Source of the DNA: Chlorokybus atmophyticus
Lineage: Eukaryota > Plantae > Mesostigma and Chlorokybus algae
Assembly: GCA_009103225.1 (NCBI GenBank)
Contig: RHPI01003156.1
Coordinates: 926,159-990,158 of the forward strand
Direction: 5' to 3'
DNA: 64,000 bases
Within the stretch, counting starts at the first letter, position 1; each line of letters opens with the position of its first letter. The position numbers and the translations under genes were made by a program. Of the stretch, positions 35,401 through 48,055 are shown piece by piece. The notes under the pieces were generated by a model. The model searched no databases. It was not told where the DNA came from and was given only the letters and a program-made list of their open reading frames with translations.

Positions 35401-38021
35401 CTGCTGCTCACCGCTCCGCTCTCGTCCATGCACGGCCCCTGTCTTTGCCAGTTGCTGCCTGCTTAGCCTCTCAGTTCAACAGCGCTCTACAGCAAGTGAT
35501 TGAAGTGTTCCCTCCTGCGGCTGCCTGTCTTGGCGCGAGCCAAGCCAGTGTCGACCCCGTGTCGCAGGCTGGGCAAGGCATCGCATTCTCTCTGCCCTGT
35601 ACAAAACACCCTCGTCTTCTTCTCTGCGGTCCAGCAGATGCCGGACAGGTACCATCATATTGCATGCCTTGTGTCAGTCTTGCAGAAGTTTGTGGTGACG
35701 TTGAAGATAGATGCCCAGAAACTGCGAAGATTTAGCCTATACTTGCATGGCCTGGAGAAGCTGACGCCGATGCTTGTGCAGGACCACATGGGTCCTGCCT
35801 TATTACACATACTTGAGCAATTTCCTGTGCACTCTATTGGGCTACCGGCCTTGCTGGCAGACGCAGCTGCCAAAGGCCCTGAAGAAGCCCTAGTGCGCAT
35901 TATTATTGAGGCGCAGCGCTCTGCGCCAGCTGTGCTATATTTGCCGCATGTGCATTTGTGGTGGGAAGTGGTAAGACCATATGCGCTATAACCATTGTGA
36001 AATGACATGTTCATAACATAAGCTGTGTTGTATGCAGGCCAGTGACTCGCTGGCTACCACCTTGTTAATGTTGTTGGCGGAGCTACCGCCAACGCTGCCT
36101 GTCTTATTATTAGCAACCTCTGGTGTCCCGCATGCCGAACTACACCCTGATGCTCGCTCGCTGTTTGGTCGTCATGTGTAAGTGAAGCATTTTGCTTCGG
36201 AGCTGCGTGTCAGACTGAATACAGCTGCTGACTGGCTTGAACCGCAGGTATGAGATGAGACCGCCATCCCTATCAGACCGCTTGGCGTACTTCGCAAAGG
36301 CCAGTGACATGGCCATGGAATCTCTTCGTACAAATGGTGCCCTCAATGAGATACCCACCAAAGAGCAGCCCGTCCTGCCCAAAGCTCCCGCACGTGCAAT
36401 GTTGCTATCAAATTTTCGACAGACTGCAGAGATAGAAACACGCGCCGTCAGGCAGCTGCGCATGTTCCTGCGAGAGGTCTGCACGCGGTGAGCGATGATG
36501 GTGCTACCTTGTCCCACCCATGTTGTCACTGCACCCAGCACTTTCAACCACAGCTGCCATGACAACATCAAAGCTGCTCTATTTTGCTGCTAGCATACTT
36601 TCAGGTGGTGGTGGTTCTGTTGTGCTAGCATGATTTGTTTCCTGGTCCTTTGCACGCAGAGTTCTTGCTGATCGCAAGTGGAAAGCTTTTGCCTCACTGG
36701 CCACAAAAGAGGGCGCTGACGGGCATCCTGTTGCCAACCCCATGGACTTGTCCACCCTCCTGCGTCAAGTTGACACGGGCACGTATATGTCCCAGGAGCT
36801 CTTTCTGTCGGATGTGCATCTCATTGTCGAGACTGCCAAGGTATGGTCACCGGCTACTGCATGTTGCATCAGATAGAATTTTGCAGTCCACGGCAAGTCC
36901 ATTCAGAGTATTGTTAACTGGTGTGTTTCAATAGGAAGTGCATGGCGAGGACAGTCCTGAAGGCATCAGGATGATCAGCAAAGCATACGCGCTCGAGGAT
37001 ACGGTAAGTTTTGCAACAACGCAGAAGCTGCAGCTACAAAACCTTGCCTGCAAGTTTCCTTGCCAATCTGCTTTGTCCACATCAACAAGCCCTTAGTTGG
37101 AATTGCCGCTTCTGTCAATGGCCTATGTCAATGCGCGGGCATTGACGTAGGCCATTGAAAGAATGTCTGGTCTTGAATGTCTGCTTGCCCAAGTGGCCAC
37201 AGTTGGTTCTGTGCATGTATGCATCAGTGCCCAAGTTGTTATGGCACTAATGCATAGTGTTATGTGCACTATACATCCACAACACACTTGCCTGCCCATT
37301 GCTGATGGAGATGTGACGACAGGTCCACGGTATGATGGTTGTGCTGGACCCGCAGCTGGTCACCCTTTGCGAGGATATTGCTGCCCGAGGCGGTCCAGTG
37401 GAGCCTCCACCAGCCTCGCGCAGTGCGGGCAACAACCGTGTGCGCTTTAGCGAGCGTTTACTCGGCACGCCTCTCCAACAACAAGCAGTGCAGGAGAATG
37501 CTGCACCCATGACTCGAGCAATGCTCAGGTGCACGGCGAGCGCGCCCGCGGCCGCCACGCTCGCAAGGGGTGGTGTAACACAGCCCGATGGGGCGACAGC
37601 AGCTCAAGCGGCAGTATCCGAGGATGCATGCTCCACGCAAGAAACAGATGACGAGCAGCACGCGCGTGGCTTTGAGTTCAATGAGCTTGAGTACATGCGC
37701 TCGGTCGCGAATGAAGTCCCCGAGACACCTCAAGCGGAGACGCCGGCGAACAGACCAACAACAACACCATTGCACGCACAACCGACTATCACTTCCCCTC
37801 CCAAGGTGCCAGTAGAGTTCCAACAGCGCCTGCTGGCATGGTCGCAGCTGCTCGCCGCCCAGACCGGCAAGATGCTTTGCGGGGAGCTGGAGAGGGTGTT
37901 TGCGCAGATCGCACGCCTGCTACAGAAGCTGCGCGGCGAAGGGCGCGACGCCCATGCAGTGCTGGCCGCCATTGAAGCCTTTGCCCGCGACATCAGGAAC
38001 TTCCGCACTGATAGAACTTAG
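32451..38021 (+). CDS. ATAD2: ATAD2/YTA7-like AAA+ ATPase with bromodomain
   Basis: [21 protein letters not shown]; Walker A GPPGTGKT; [18 protein letters not shown]; Walker [15 protein letters not shown]; [23 protein letters not shown]; second AAA-like region; bromodomain [15 protein letters not shown]...FLSDVHLIV. Stop at 38019-38021. Confidence 0.95.
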
Positions 38022-39163
38022 GTGACATGAGGCTCTTCACCACTGCAACTTTGCCGAACGGACACTATTCGGTCAAACTTGCTTGGTCTTGTAAAGAATG
38101 GTCGCTTGTTCCAGTGTAAAAAGCAATACCAGATAGGCATTAACAAGTATGACTAGCACTCATTTAGCCACAGGCAAGAACTCTTTGCCTAGAATGTCCT
38201 TATCTCCTTATCTTGACAAATAGTTCGCTGCGCTCAAGTTGATGGCGCAGGTTGTGCAGAGATTTGCCAGTCTTTGGTGGAAGGCTAATTATGTTGATGA
38301 GACGGCATAAGCATGCCACTTCGTGAGAGAGTGACTGGTTCTCAAGGTCATGCCGCACCAGACAATGGTGCATGCGATTTGGGCTGGATCTATGTGACAT
38401 GAAGTTGCATGCAGCGAAACACCAGCCCACTATGCAAAACAGGGCACGAAGTAAGGGCACGCGTGAGGGGTCAAGTGGAGCGTGGGTGGATGTACATGCC
38501 AAGAGTGTGTGTGGCTACAGCAATGTATGCGACATACTCTGCTTCTCTTTTTGGCTCTTGCTGTGTAACGCTCAAAATATGCAGGATGCAATGGGGGCAG
38601 TGCACGCATACGCAAGCAATCACAAGCTCAGTTAACAAGGCAAGAACTACAAATTTAGGGGGCCCAGAGCAGCGCTCAACAACAACAACAACAACAACTA
38701 GCTAGGTAGTCCAACACCAACACAAGCAGGGAGGGCAGTGCACAGTGGTATGACTGGAGGCACCACCTGCGCAGCAGAGGCGTGTGTGCGACATTTGATG
38801 TCAAGCAGACGTTGCGCCAGTTACTGATGCAACTTGTTACAGAACTTGTGTCACAGTGTCTGCAACTTCTGCGTGATACACACCACTTTTGCTTTGATTG
38901 CGCGAAATGTTCGTGAACTTGCAATAGAAGAGCGACACTCAGCCAAGTAACTTAGTAGCTGCAAGTTGAGAGCGCAGCAGCAGCAGCAGCAGGTTTTGCG
39001 GTGTCCCAGGCCCAGTCTCAGCAGGCCCAGTCTCAGCAGGAGGAGGTTGTTAGCAACGGCAGCGGCAGCGGCGGCGGCGGGATGTACTACTCCCTCGCCG
39101 CCGCTGCTTATAGTCTAGAGGATGTCGTCCCCGTGAGCTAGCTGCTTGCTCAGCAGCAGAGCC

Positions 39164-40968
39164 ATGGCCAAGAAGAAGGCGGGGGTGGCGGAGCTGCTGG
39201 AGGCCGTTAGGCAGCAGGTTGACGATGCGGCGCGGAAGAAGCGGCACAAGCCTGGGGAGGCGGGCGGAGCGCCGGCGACAACCACAGCAACAACGACCAC
39301 GACCACCACCACTGCTACTAACGGCGCAGTGCCCAGCGCTGCCAGCGCGGCCGCCGCCGCTCAAGCCAAGTGAGAGACAGAGCTAGCGCGAGCATGCTGT
39401 GTCATGCTTACAGAGCTGTGCCCAAGCATTGAGTGAATCTCGCATTGCTTACGCACATTCAAGCATGCAGCCGCTTCTTGCTGTACTGTGTGACGGCTCA
39501 TGACTAGTTTGGTTGCGAGTGTTTTTGTAGCACCGGGTTTCACAACACTATGGCAACATGTTGTGCTTCAACTTTGGATTGGTTGTCATCACACAAGCTT
39601 GAACATGAGCTTGATTGAGTTAGTTGAGTGCGTTTGAGTACTGCATTGATCATGGGCAATGCATAAAGACACTTGAAGCACATGCGTGTGAGTGAGTGAC
39701 TGGTCTGGTGGTGTGTTCTTTTCTTTGTTCAAGGTGGCGGAAGCAGCACGAGCTGCTGGCGAGAGACCTGCACGCCGCCACTCACCCCAACATCGCCGGC
39801 CCCTTCACGTAAGATGCATGCATGCATACATACACGTGCGCGCACACATAAACACAGAGACATACATGCGCGCATGCACGTAGCACAAGCATATGCATGG
39901 AGCTGATGGTATGAAACAGTGCAGCCGATACGTGCGCACACACCTATCCACACATGTACATGCCCATCCACCCGCCCTCATGCACGCGACAAGTGCATCG
40001 TGGTTTGTGGCACCAATATGCACTCTAGCGTCATGTGTTGCTCATGCGTTATTTGTTTATTCACGCAAGTTGATGTGGTGTTTCAGTTCCATAGAGGATG
40101 CCTGCGAGAGGCTGCTGCCCTACCACGTATTCTACGAAGCAGAGGAGGACGAAGAGAGTGAGCAGCCTCCCCCCTCTACCTCAGGCACTGCCAGCGCAAC
40201 TGACGATGCACGCGCCAGCTGGCACATCTGGCAGACAACTTATGAGGTATGCATACAAGCCCAACACGCAAAGTCACAATCAGTTTAGTCAGATAAGCAC
40301 ACAACGGCTTGGGCCGATCATTTAACTTCTGTTGCGGATGTGGATATGCATGCATACAGTTGTTGACCGTGTCTGGTTGTTGTTAATCTGTGCAGGCCAA
40401 GGTGGATGAGTTCATCAAGGCCTTTACCGCGCACAAAGCCAAACTCCAGGCCAGATTATACAAGATGCAGGCAAGCGTGGACACCGCACTTACGAAGGCA
40501 CACACGCATGCATGCACAAGCAGCATGTTCAAGTACGCACGCTAATCTGCGATTGTTCTTTCCTTTGTTTTGCAGGGACCTTCCTTGGCGGCAGAGGAGC
40601 AGCTGATGATATCCAAGCTGCACTATGCCGAATCCCAATCCCGACTCGCCTCGCGCAAACCAACCGCACCATCCAATCCAACCAACATCCCCTCAACCTC
40701 TTGTAACAACAGTAACAACAACATCAGCTCGACCTCTGCGCTGCCGGCACACCGCCCCGCCGTGAGTTTCATGACATCCGCTGCGAGGGGGAACAACACC
40801 AACAACAGTAGTGTTAATAGTGGTACTGGTGCCAGCAGGCCCAACATTTTTGCCGTTTCGGGTGGCGGGAGCAGCACGAGTCATCTTGTGAGTAGTAGTA
40901 GTGGCAGTTTGGGCGGGAATGCCGCGCCAAATGCGCCGTCACTATCTGCACCATCAAAACAGCAATAG
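39164..40968 (+). CDS. GLTSCR1 (BICRA/BRIP-like) conserved-domain protein
   Basis: FSSIEDACERLLPYHVF is the GLTSCR1-domain signature. Spliced continuation AKVDEFIKAF...KMQ|GPSLAAEEQLMISKL; low-complexity Ser/Asn C-terminus. Confidence 0.7.
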
Positions 40969-41743
40969 CTGGCTATGTTGGTGTCCTATGTTGTGTTGGT
41001 TGCTGTGTTCATTTGTGGTCTGCCGCTTACTTGAGCGTGCTCCAGAGGGAGATGCATACGTGACTGTCTGATGATGCAGACAAACCAACTCGTTTCTATC
41101 TTGCCCAAACAGCCAGTAGAGCAACTCAGCACGGCTTGCGGATGAGATTCTGTCCTGTTGTAGGCAGCTTGGGTAGTTATGCGCCGCTGCTGATTCGCGA
41201 GGTTGCTGCGCAGCTCTATAATTTGTGTTCTGACGAACTCTTATAGCAATTGCAGTTACAACATGCGGCACGCATGTGTGTGCGCACAGGCGTGCACGAT
41301 TGTGTGGCAGGTGATCCATGCATGCATGCATGACGCATGGGGTTTGCGCAGTAGTGGGACAATGAGGGTGAGGAGTAGTGAAGTAGGTAGCTTGAGAGTG
41401 TGTTCCTAGCTCCGCGGTCATGATGGAGGTGAGCGCCTTGGTACACTTAGGTGTTTTGTCCACACATGTGTCGTGCTTGTAAGACTGCATGTTCACAGCA
41501 CATCTGCATAGACCATGGCAACTGACCGACTCACATAACGCAAGGTAGGAGCATACAAGCAACAGTGCAGCAAGTAACTAATGGGATGGGAGTGGGGTTG
41601 AGGCTAGCTTGCATGTGCGGAATGCCCTCTGCATCTTTGATACAGCATTGCATACTTTGTACACATACGCATGCACACTTGCAGGTGTGAATTCAGCATA
41701 TTGTACACTACGACCATTTGACCACACGCGACCGCCACAAGTG

Positions 41744-43281
41744 CTATAATGTTGTCTTTTTGCTTCTCCCTCCGAGCACTCGCTTGCCAGGGAACGATGG
41801 CTCACGCCTTGGGTCGTATCTGCAAGAGTACCAACACACACGCGGCAAGGTCAAGCACACACTTCCTCCATTTTACAGAACACAACACGCAACACACCTT
41901 TCCTGGAAGATGAATTGGTAGAGCGCCACCGCAGCCCCGCCCGCAGCCAACACGGCCGGCAGCAGCCGCAATGCTGCGGTTGGATCGTTCAAAAACAGCG
42001 CCATCAGCGCAGCCTGTAAAGTACCCGAAAGGGACTGCTTGAACCTGCAATCTGCACATGTGGGTTTGTTGGTATTGTTGTTGTTGTTGTTGTTGGTGGT
42101 GGTATTGAGGTCTTTGCTGCTGCTGTTGCTGTTGTTGTGGATGATAATTTTGTTTCTGCTTGTTGCTGTCATTGTTGTTATTGTGTTGTGCTCGCCTGGT
42201 AGGCTTGTCTGACAGACTGTCGAGGTGATGTGGGCATTGTTGTCGTGTTGTCTATGCGCAAACGGTGTTGCTGAGGAAAGGCCTCTCAGGAGCGCTTCGC
42301 CTCTCTCGCCCTCCACCAGCGCCTGGCACTGTGCGTGTGTGCACACATAAACAAGTCGGTTGCTGATATTGACTACTATTGACTGGTTTTACTGTAGCAC
42401 TGATTACCATACGCATGACTGCATGTATGACTTGAAAGGTTTACCAGGCGCTTGAGTTCGGGGTCGATGGAAGGTGTAGAGTGGTAGGTTGGCACGTCGT
42501 CGGGGACAAACACCCTCCTTCCCCACATATCTTGTTGCCTGCTTATGGCACGCGCGCATGTGTGAGTGAGCGCGCATGTACAAATGCGAGTGTCTTCACA
42601 AGTGTTTCGGGTTGCACATACGCGTGTGTGCGGGTGCGGGTGCGGGCCTGTCTGTATGCGTGCGTGGTGCTGAGTGGGAGTACGTGTAGTTACGTGGATG
42701 TATGTATGCACGTTTATTTGTGTCTACGTCGGCGTGTGCGTGTGCGTTGACAGAAAACCAACAGATTGCACACCCACAGCATGCTTTTCGTACTGGACAT
42801 AGCTGGCAAGGCTTTGGCTCCTGCATATGTTCTCCAACACAGCTTTTGCGTACGCTCTGCTTGACCCTTGCCCAAAGTCAACCTGTATATCCAGCCGTAG
42901 TTGTCAAGGTGCTCATCACAAACACACTACTCGAGTCAGTGTTGATTGTTGCAATGCATGCACCAACCAGTATGACAGCGACAGCTATCAGTACAAATTA
43001 GTACACACGGAGTGCTCACCCTACGCGCAGCCGCCACAGCCATTAGCGTCCCCACAACAGCCTCACATGCTGCATTGATACAAGAGACTGAGTTGACAAC
43101 TTTACATAACACATAGCAAGCGGTTAAGACTGCGTGTTGTGTACTGACCGCTGCATGTCAGGTGCGCATCGCCCGCTACCGCCGCCGCTTGCGACACATC
43201 AACAGACAGAATCAACGACAACAGCAACAACAGCAATACAACAACACCAAACACAGATGGAATGCCCCTCCTAGCAGCCAT
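41744..43281 (-). CDS. Secreted or single-pass membrane protein with saposin-like (Canopy/DUF3456-type) domain
   Basis: Signal peptide MAARRGIPSVFGVVVLLLLLL. Spliced LTCSACEAVV ... VLENIC ... LKRL|CQALVE ... STVC gives saposin-like Cys spacing. Late hydrophobic segment, then a basic tail RYDPRREPSFPGKRVLGGRSKKTTL*. Confidence 0.5.
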
Positions 43282-44101
43282 GTTGAACACATGCACAGGT
43301 TGACTTGCCATTTTTTTGGGGGCTCACATGCACAACGCCGACAGTTTTCTGCATCGACACTCTCATCGCAGCTCCTCCATGCCGACACCGACGTCGACGC
43401 ATCGCTTTGTCTGCTCGGTTTAGCACTTTATGATAGGACACACACCGCGAACAGCTTCTGAACGTGATGACGTTGCACTGCTCGGTAGGAACTTGCGCGT
43501 CACAGACGTGCGTGCGTTTGTTCATGTTGGCTATCCCGGTCCATGCTCCAATCAACACGCTAACCGGCGTCTTGCGGTCCACCGTGGCTTCCAACCCACT
43601 CGCTTCTGATTGGCTGCGCGCTCGGCCTGGAGGTTAACTGCTTTCGATGCCAAACTCTAACCTTGTTTGCTCGTTACCCATTCGGCTGATGTGACCGGGA
43701 GCGGGGTTTTGGCTGAGAGTTCTCGCTGCTAGAAGGTGCGAGGACTCCTCCTGATGAGCCGGTCAGTATTCCGGTCGAATGGCGGTAAGATAGGTTAAGG
43801 CTCTCAACCTAGTTAGGTTCTAGCTAAGGGAACAGTGAAGCTAACTGCGTTGGCCGTGGCAAGGATTTTGTGGCTTTACCTTTAGCTCACAGCTGTGAGA
43901 CGGCGGCAGCGGCGGTGTTGGCGGCGGCGTCGGTGGTGTTTGGAGCGTCGGTGGTGGCGCCGTCGGTGCGACGCGTCTGGGACTTGGTGTGATCAGATCG
44001 AGCTTTGCGGGCGAGCACATATTACAGGTGGTGTTGGGTGTGCTTGAGAGTTTGTGGTGCTGCCGCTGCTGGGCTAGGGTTTGAGGCGGCAGGCGAGCGT
44101 T

Positions 44102-46368
44102 ATGGCGACAGCTGTGGCCAGCAGCAGCTTGGCGTGGTCGTCGTCCACCTCGGTAGCAGAGCCGTTTATTGAGCGGGTGCTGCCGTCGAGCTCCTCAACG
44201 CAGGACCGCAACCCTAGGCGGTCTAAGCGCACATCCCAGTCGGTGGCGCTGCCCACCAGCCACAAGCATGAGAACTACAGGCTGAAAGGCACTCGCCGGA
44301 CACCGCAAGAGGTGAAAGCCACTACCGCTACACCCTCTGAGGAGGCCGCCTTCGACTACGCTACCCCGCTTCTCAACGTCCGAGTGCCCACCACCTGCGC
44401 TGCGCTTGGAGCTTTCCAGAGCGCCACCATTGAGAAGACTGGCCTGGACTTGTCTACACCAGAGTTTGAGTCAGAGGCACATGTAAGCAGCAGCTGCCTT
44501 GCTGGTATGCGATTAGCGGCGTGCCCTGCATGTTTATCTTCCGGGTGTGTTGCTTTGCGTGCTAGTAGCATGGATAGCACTCACGCGCAAGTTTGTGCCT
44601 TATCCTTTCTTTGACAAGGCCACGTTTAGGTGACAGCTGTGTGGCATAAAGCACTCACTGACTGGCACCTGGCTTCTTGCAGACTGATGATTCTGGTGGC
44701 GACGGCGGAAATGGCAAGAACATCAACAACGGTGGGGGTGGAGACGGTGATGACGGTGGGGATGAGGACGATTATTTTGACGATGCTGATGATGATGGCG
44801 ATGGCAAGGGCGACGGGTTGTTTTCACGCAGGGTAAGCCACCATCTGCGCCATGCTTTGTGTACCTACGCGTGAGTACACTGCGAACGCCATGGATGGGG
44901 ATTGCCGTAGGCTCGTTGCTACGTGTTTCTTGTGTACGTATGTGTCCCAGAAGCGTTGCTAACATGTTGCCTTGCAGGTCGTATTGCCGGAGCTTTTTGA
45001 CCGAACAACCATCAACTGCATACTGGAGGAGTGGTACAAAACAATTGCTTCGCTTCCTGCTGGCATCCGGCAGGCAGTGGAGATGGGTTTGGTGTCTTCT
45101 GCTCAGCTCGCGCGTTTCCTTTCTTTCGATTGTCGACCAACCATTGTGAGGAATCTTTCAAGGTTGCCCATCCCGGAGTTGCAGCGCGCAGCTGTGGGAC
45201 GCATGATGGGCGATCCTGGCTTTGTGTATAAGTTTGCTGTAGAACAGGCTTTTACCATTGCAACCGCCGTCGCATGGGAGGCCAAAAGCCGCGGCAAGAG
45301 GTATGCCTCAGCTGGTGTTTTGCTTTTTGAGAGTCGTGCCGTGCATGTCTGATATAGAAAGCTGTGCCTGAACAGAGCAAGTCTAGATTTTCCAAGCTCG
45401 TTTGCAACACTTGTTCACTATGCAGGTTGGCCAAGGAGTGGGACCAGGCTTTGGTGAACGTCCTCACCATGGCAGTTGCCAATGGCACGGTGGTGTGGAT
45501 GCTGGCTCCCAGCAGATCGTTTGGTGTTACCCATCGGTTTGGCTGGCAGAATGCTCTTCAGCAGCTACCCAACAATGTCTTTGACAAGAGCGGGCCACTG
45601 AGGAATTACACCACAGCACGAAGAGCACAGGCGTTTGTTGCCAAGGCGGCCGAGCTGAGTGCTGCGGGCATGGCGATTGGCGCTGTGGGCGGTGCCCTCA
45701 GCAATGGTCTTGCTGCCCTCCATTCCAGGTTGGTTGAGTTTGGAGGTTCTATGTTTTTGTACTAGCTCCAGTTGACACCGTTCCTGACTCCTCATGGTGT
45801 TTGCAGGTCTGGGAAAAACGAGTCATCTGCCCATGTGCCCGGCGTCGGTACATCTGCCCTTGGCTATGGTGCCTTTGTGGGACTCGCTGGAAACCTGCGC
45901 TACCAGTTGCTTGCTGGATTGGATAGGGTCATGAGCACGCAATTCAACCACATGGGTCTGATTGTGTTTGCAAATCTTGCCGCCCGGTATCTTAACATCA
46001 GGCTAGGTGAGTGTTAGTTTTCCCAATTCATCAGCACGAGTGCTTGTTTGTGCTCGCGGACTTTGTGTAACCAATGGTGTGCACTTTTGTCCATGCCTGA
46101 AGGACGCCACTGACATTGTGCTTGTATTACAGGTGAATCCGCAAGGTTGCAATGGCTCGGCTACCAAACTGATGGAGGCGATCTTGCAGACTTGTCCAAG
46201 GCCGCTTCCTCAATCGCCGAGAAGACCCGCAGCATGGTGCAGGCCGCGCGCAAGGGACAGCTTGGCAGGCATTTGCACGCAGGTCCAGAATCATCCACCT
46301 CCCGCAGGAGAAGACGTGCTGCTCAGGCTCGTAGCCAGGGGGCTAACCTGAGCCCCGTCCCTGCATAA
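44102..46368 (+). CDS. RETICULATA-related (DUF3411) plastid envelope protein
   Basis: Transit-peptide-like N-terminus; Gly/Asp tract GGDGGNGKNINNGGGG; LPELFDR...EWYKTIASLPAGIRQAVEMGLVSSAQ; GRMMGDPGF; EWDQALVNVLT..ANGTVVWMLAP; NNVFDK; NLRYQLLAG. Confidence 0.88.
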
Positions 46369-48055
46369 ACTCGTCTACCGTTGCATCAGGCCAACATGTG
46401 CTCTCCTCCAGCTATGGCACTGTTATCACCCATCATATTGCGGCAGAAGGTTGCTAGTATGCGCAGGGAAGCCACTGCGCAGTGCACTTATTTTTGTTGC
46501 CCCGGTGAGCTAGCGAACCCACCCTCAATTTTGTCCCTCTTTCCCTACGAGTATAGAGCAGTAACAGAGCACAAACCCATTGATTGAGCATCCCATCACG
46601 TGTAGTGTGATGCGGCATTAGCGTGCTTGTCGCCACAGCAGCTTTCGTGGTGCTCACTGAGGCAATGTGGTAGCAGCTGTTGGTGAGTCGCAGTAGCCCT
46701 ACAGTCAGGTTGACTTGCAGTGTTGAAGTTGCGTGCATGCTGTTTTGTTGTTCTGAGTTATGGACGGCCATGTCACACGCGATCCAGTTTGCATCTTTGG
46801 GGCAGTAGCTGAGGCTGACTTGGCCATATGGGGTATGCTGCATTGTGAATGGGCTGGTGGCATATTCAGGGTGTCATGACTGTCCCACAGCCTCTTGTTG
46901 TTTCTTCTATAGCTATGCAAATCTTTTGTACCATCAGCAGGCACACATCAAACACCATCTTAGTAATCAGCACAGTATCACACACCTTGAATGCGGTCTT
47001 ATCAGCACTCCATCTTTTGTGCATACGCGTCCATGCCTATGTTAACACCAACACATGCGTAGCTGCCTACCCATTACACAGTAGTCTTGCAGATTTGTGC
47101 ACACCACAAACGTTAGTGCAACTGCAAGTTCAAGCTGCTCCAGCTAGTGCCACGTGCGCCTCCTCCATAGGACGAACCGCCTGCAAAGCAGCACGCAAGC
47201 AGCTTGTCGTCAGCCATCAGCCAGTGCACATGCCATCCAAATCAACAAGGAAAAGGTTTGAAATGGGGAAGTTGTTGCGTGCATTGCAGGCTTGAACATA
47301 TGGAGTCTGCGTCCTGCATGCTGCTGTGGTTGCTACGCTGCCTGCCATCACTAACTGCTACACACGCCTGTGCGGGCAGGTGAATGCAATCCTGCATGCT
47401 TGCTGTATAACCAACGGGGTAGGCTAGAGTAGACGTAGGATAGAAAGTACTAGCCCGGTGGTGAATAAAGTGTAGTTGATTATGAGTGTGAGCGTGATGT
47501 ATGTCGTTGACATGTGTGAGCGCCCCATGCAAGTCGGCATATCAGCACACCCCTTTTGTACATGGTATGTGAATGCAGCAATTGCTCATGCATGCTTGTG
47601 CTGGCCATGTTAAACAAGTGCGAAACAATTATTGCATGTATAGAATGGCGCTTTGAACTTTGCACACGTATCCCTCATTGCATACTTTGTACACCGTGCC
47701 AGTGCCTTGTGACATGCTGTGTACTACTTGCACAAGTTTATCAGTGTGAACATGGTATGTACAATTGAATAACGTGGTGTATTGTGGCAGCATCAACTAC
47801 GCATTGCCATTGTGCGCGTAGGCGGTAACAACTCATTGATAGGATGTCCTACGACGCTTTTTGCTGAATGGTATGTGTATGTATTGACCAGGCCATCCAC
47901 AACGCTATCTTCATGCAAATGGGCAACACGACTTTACACAGATGTACAACGGTCTCGTACTACGTCAGTTGCTTTCTTCCATACAGCACATAGGCGCACC
48001 CACCGCACACCGCACTAACCCATATCAGCCCAATTCGCTCGCTCACATACTCTAG

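Noticed and set aside
32451-40968. Functional clustering of ATAD2 and GLTSCR1 chromatin genes with the element's Tudor/MTase cargo
   Set aside because: They are intact ordinary host genes outside the element, separated from it by a PLE and DNAJC21; adjacency alone is not evidence.
43751-43780. Hammerhead-like CTGATGA-gccgg...ccggt-CGAAT
   Set aside because: The invariant GAAA reads GAAT and no stem I/III with NUH can be formed; it lies in a bidirectional promoter region.
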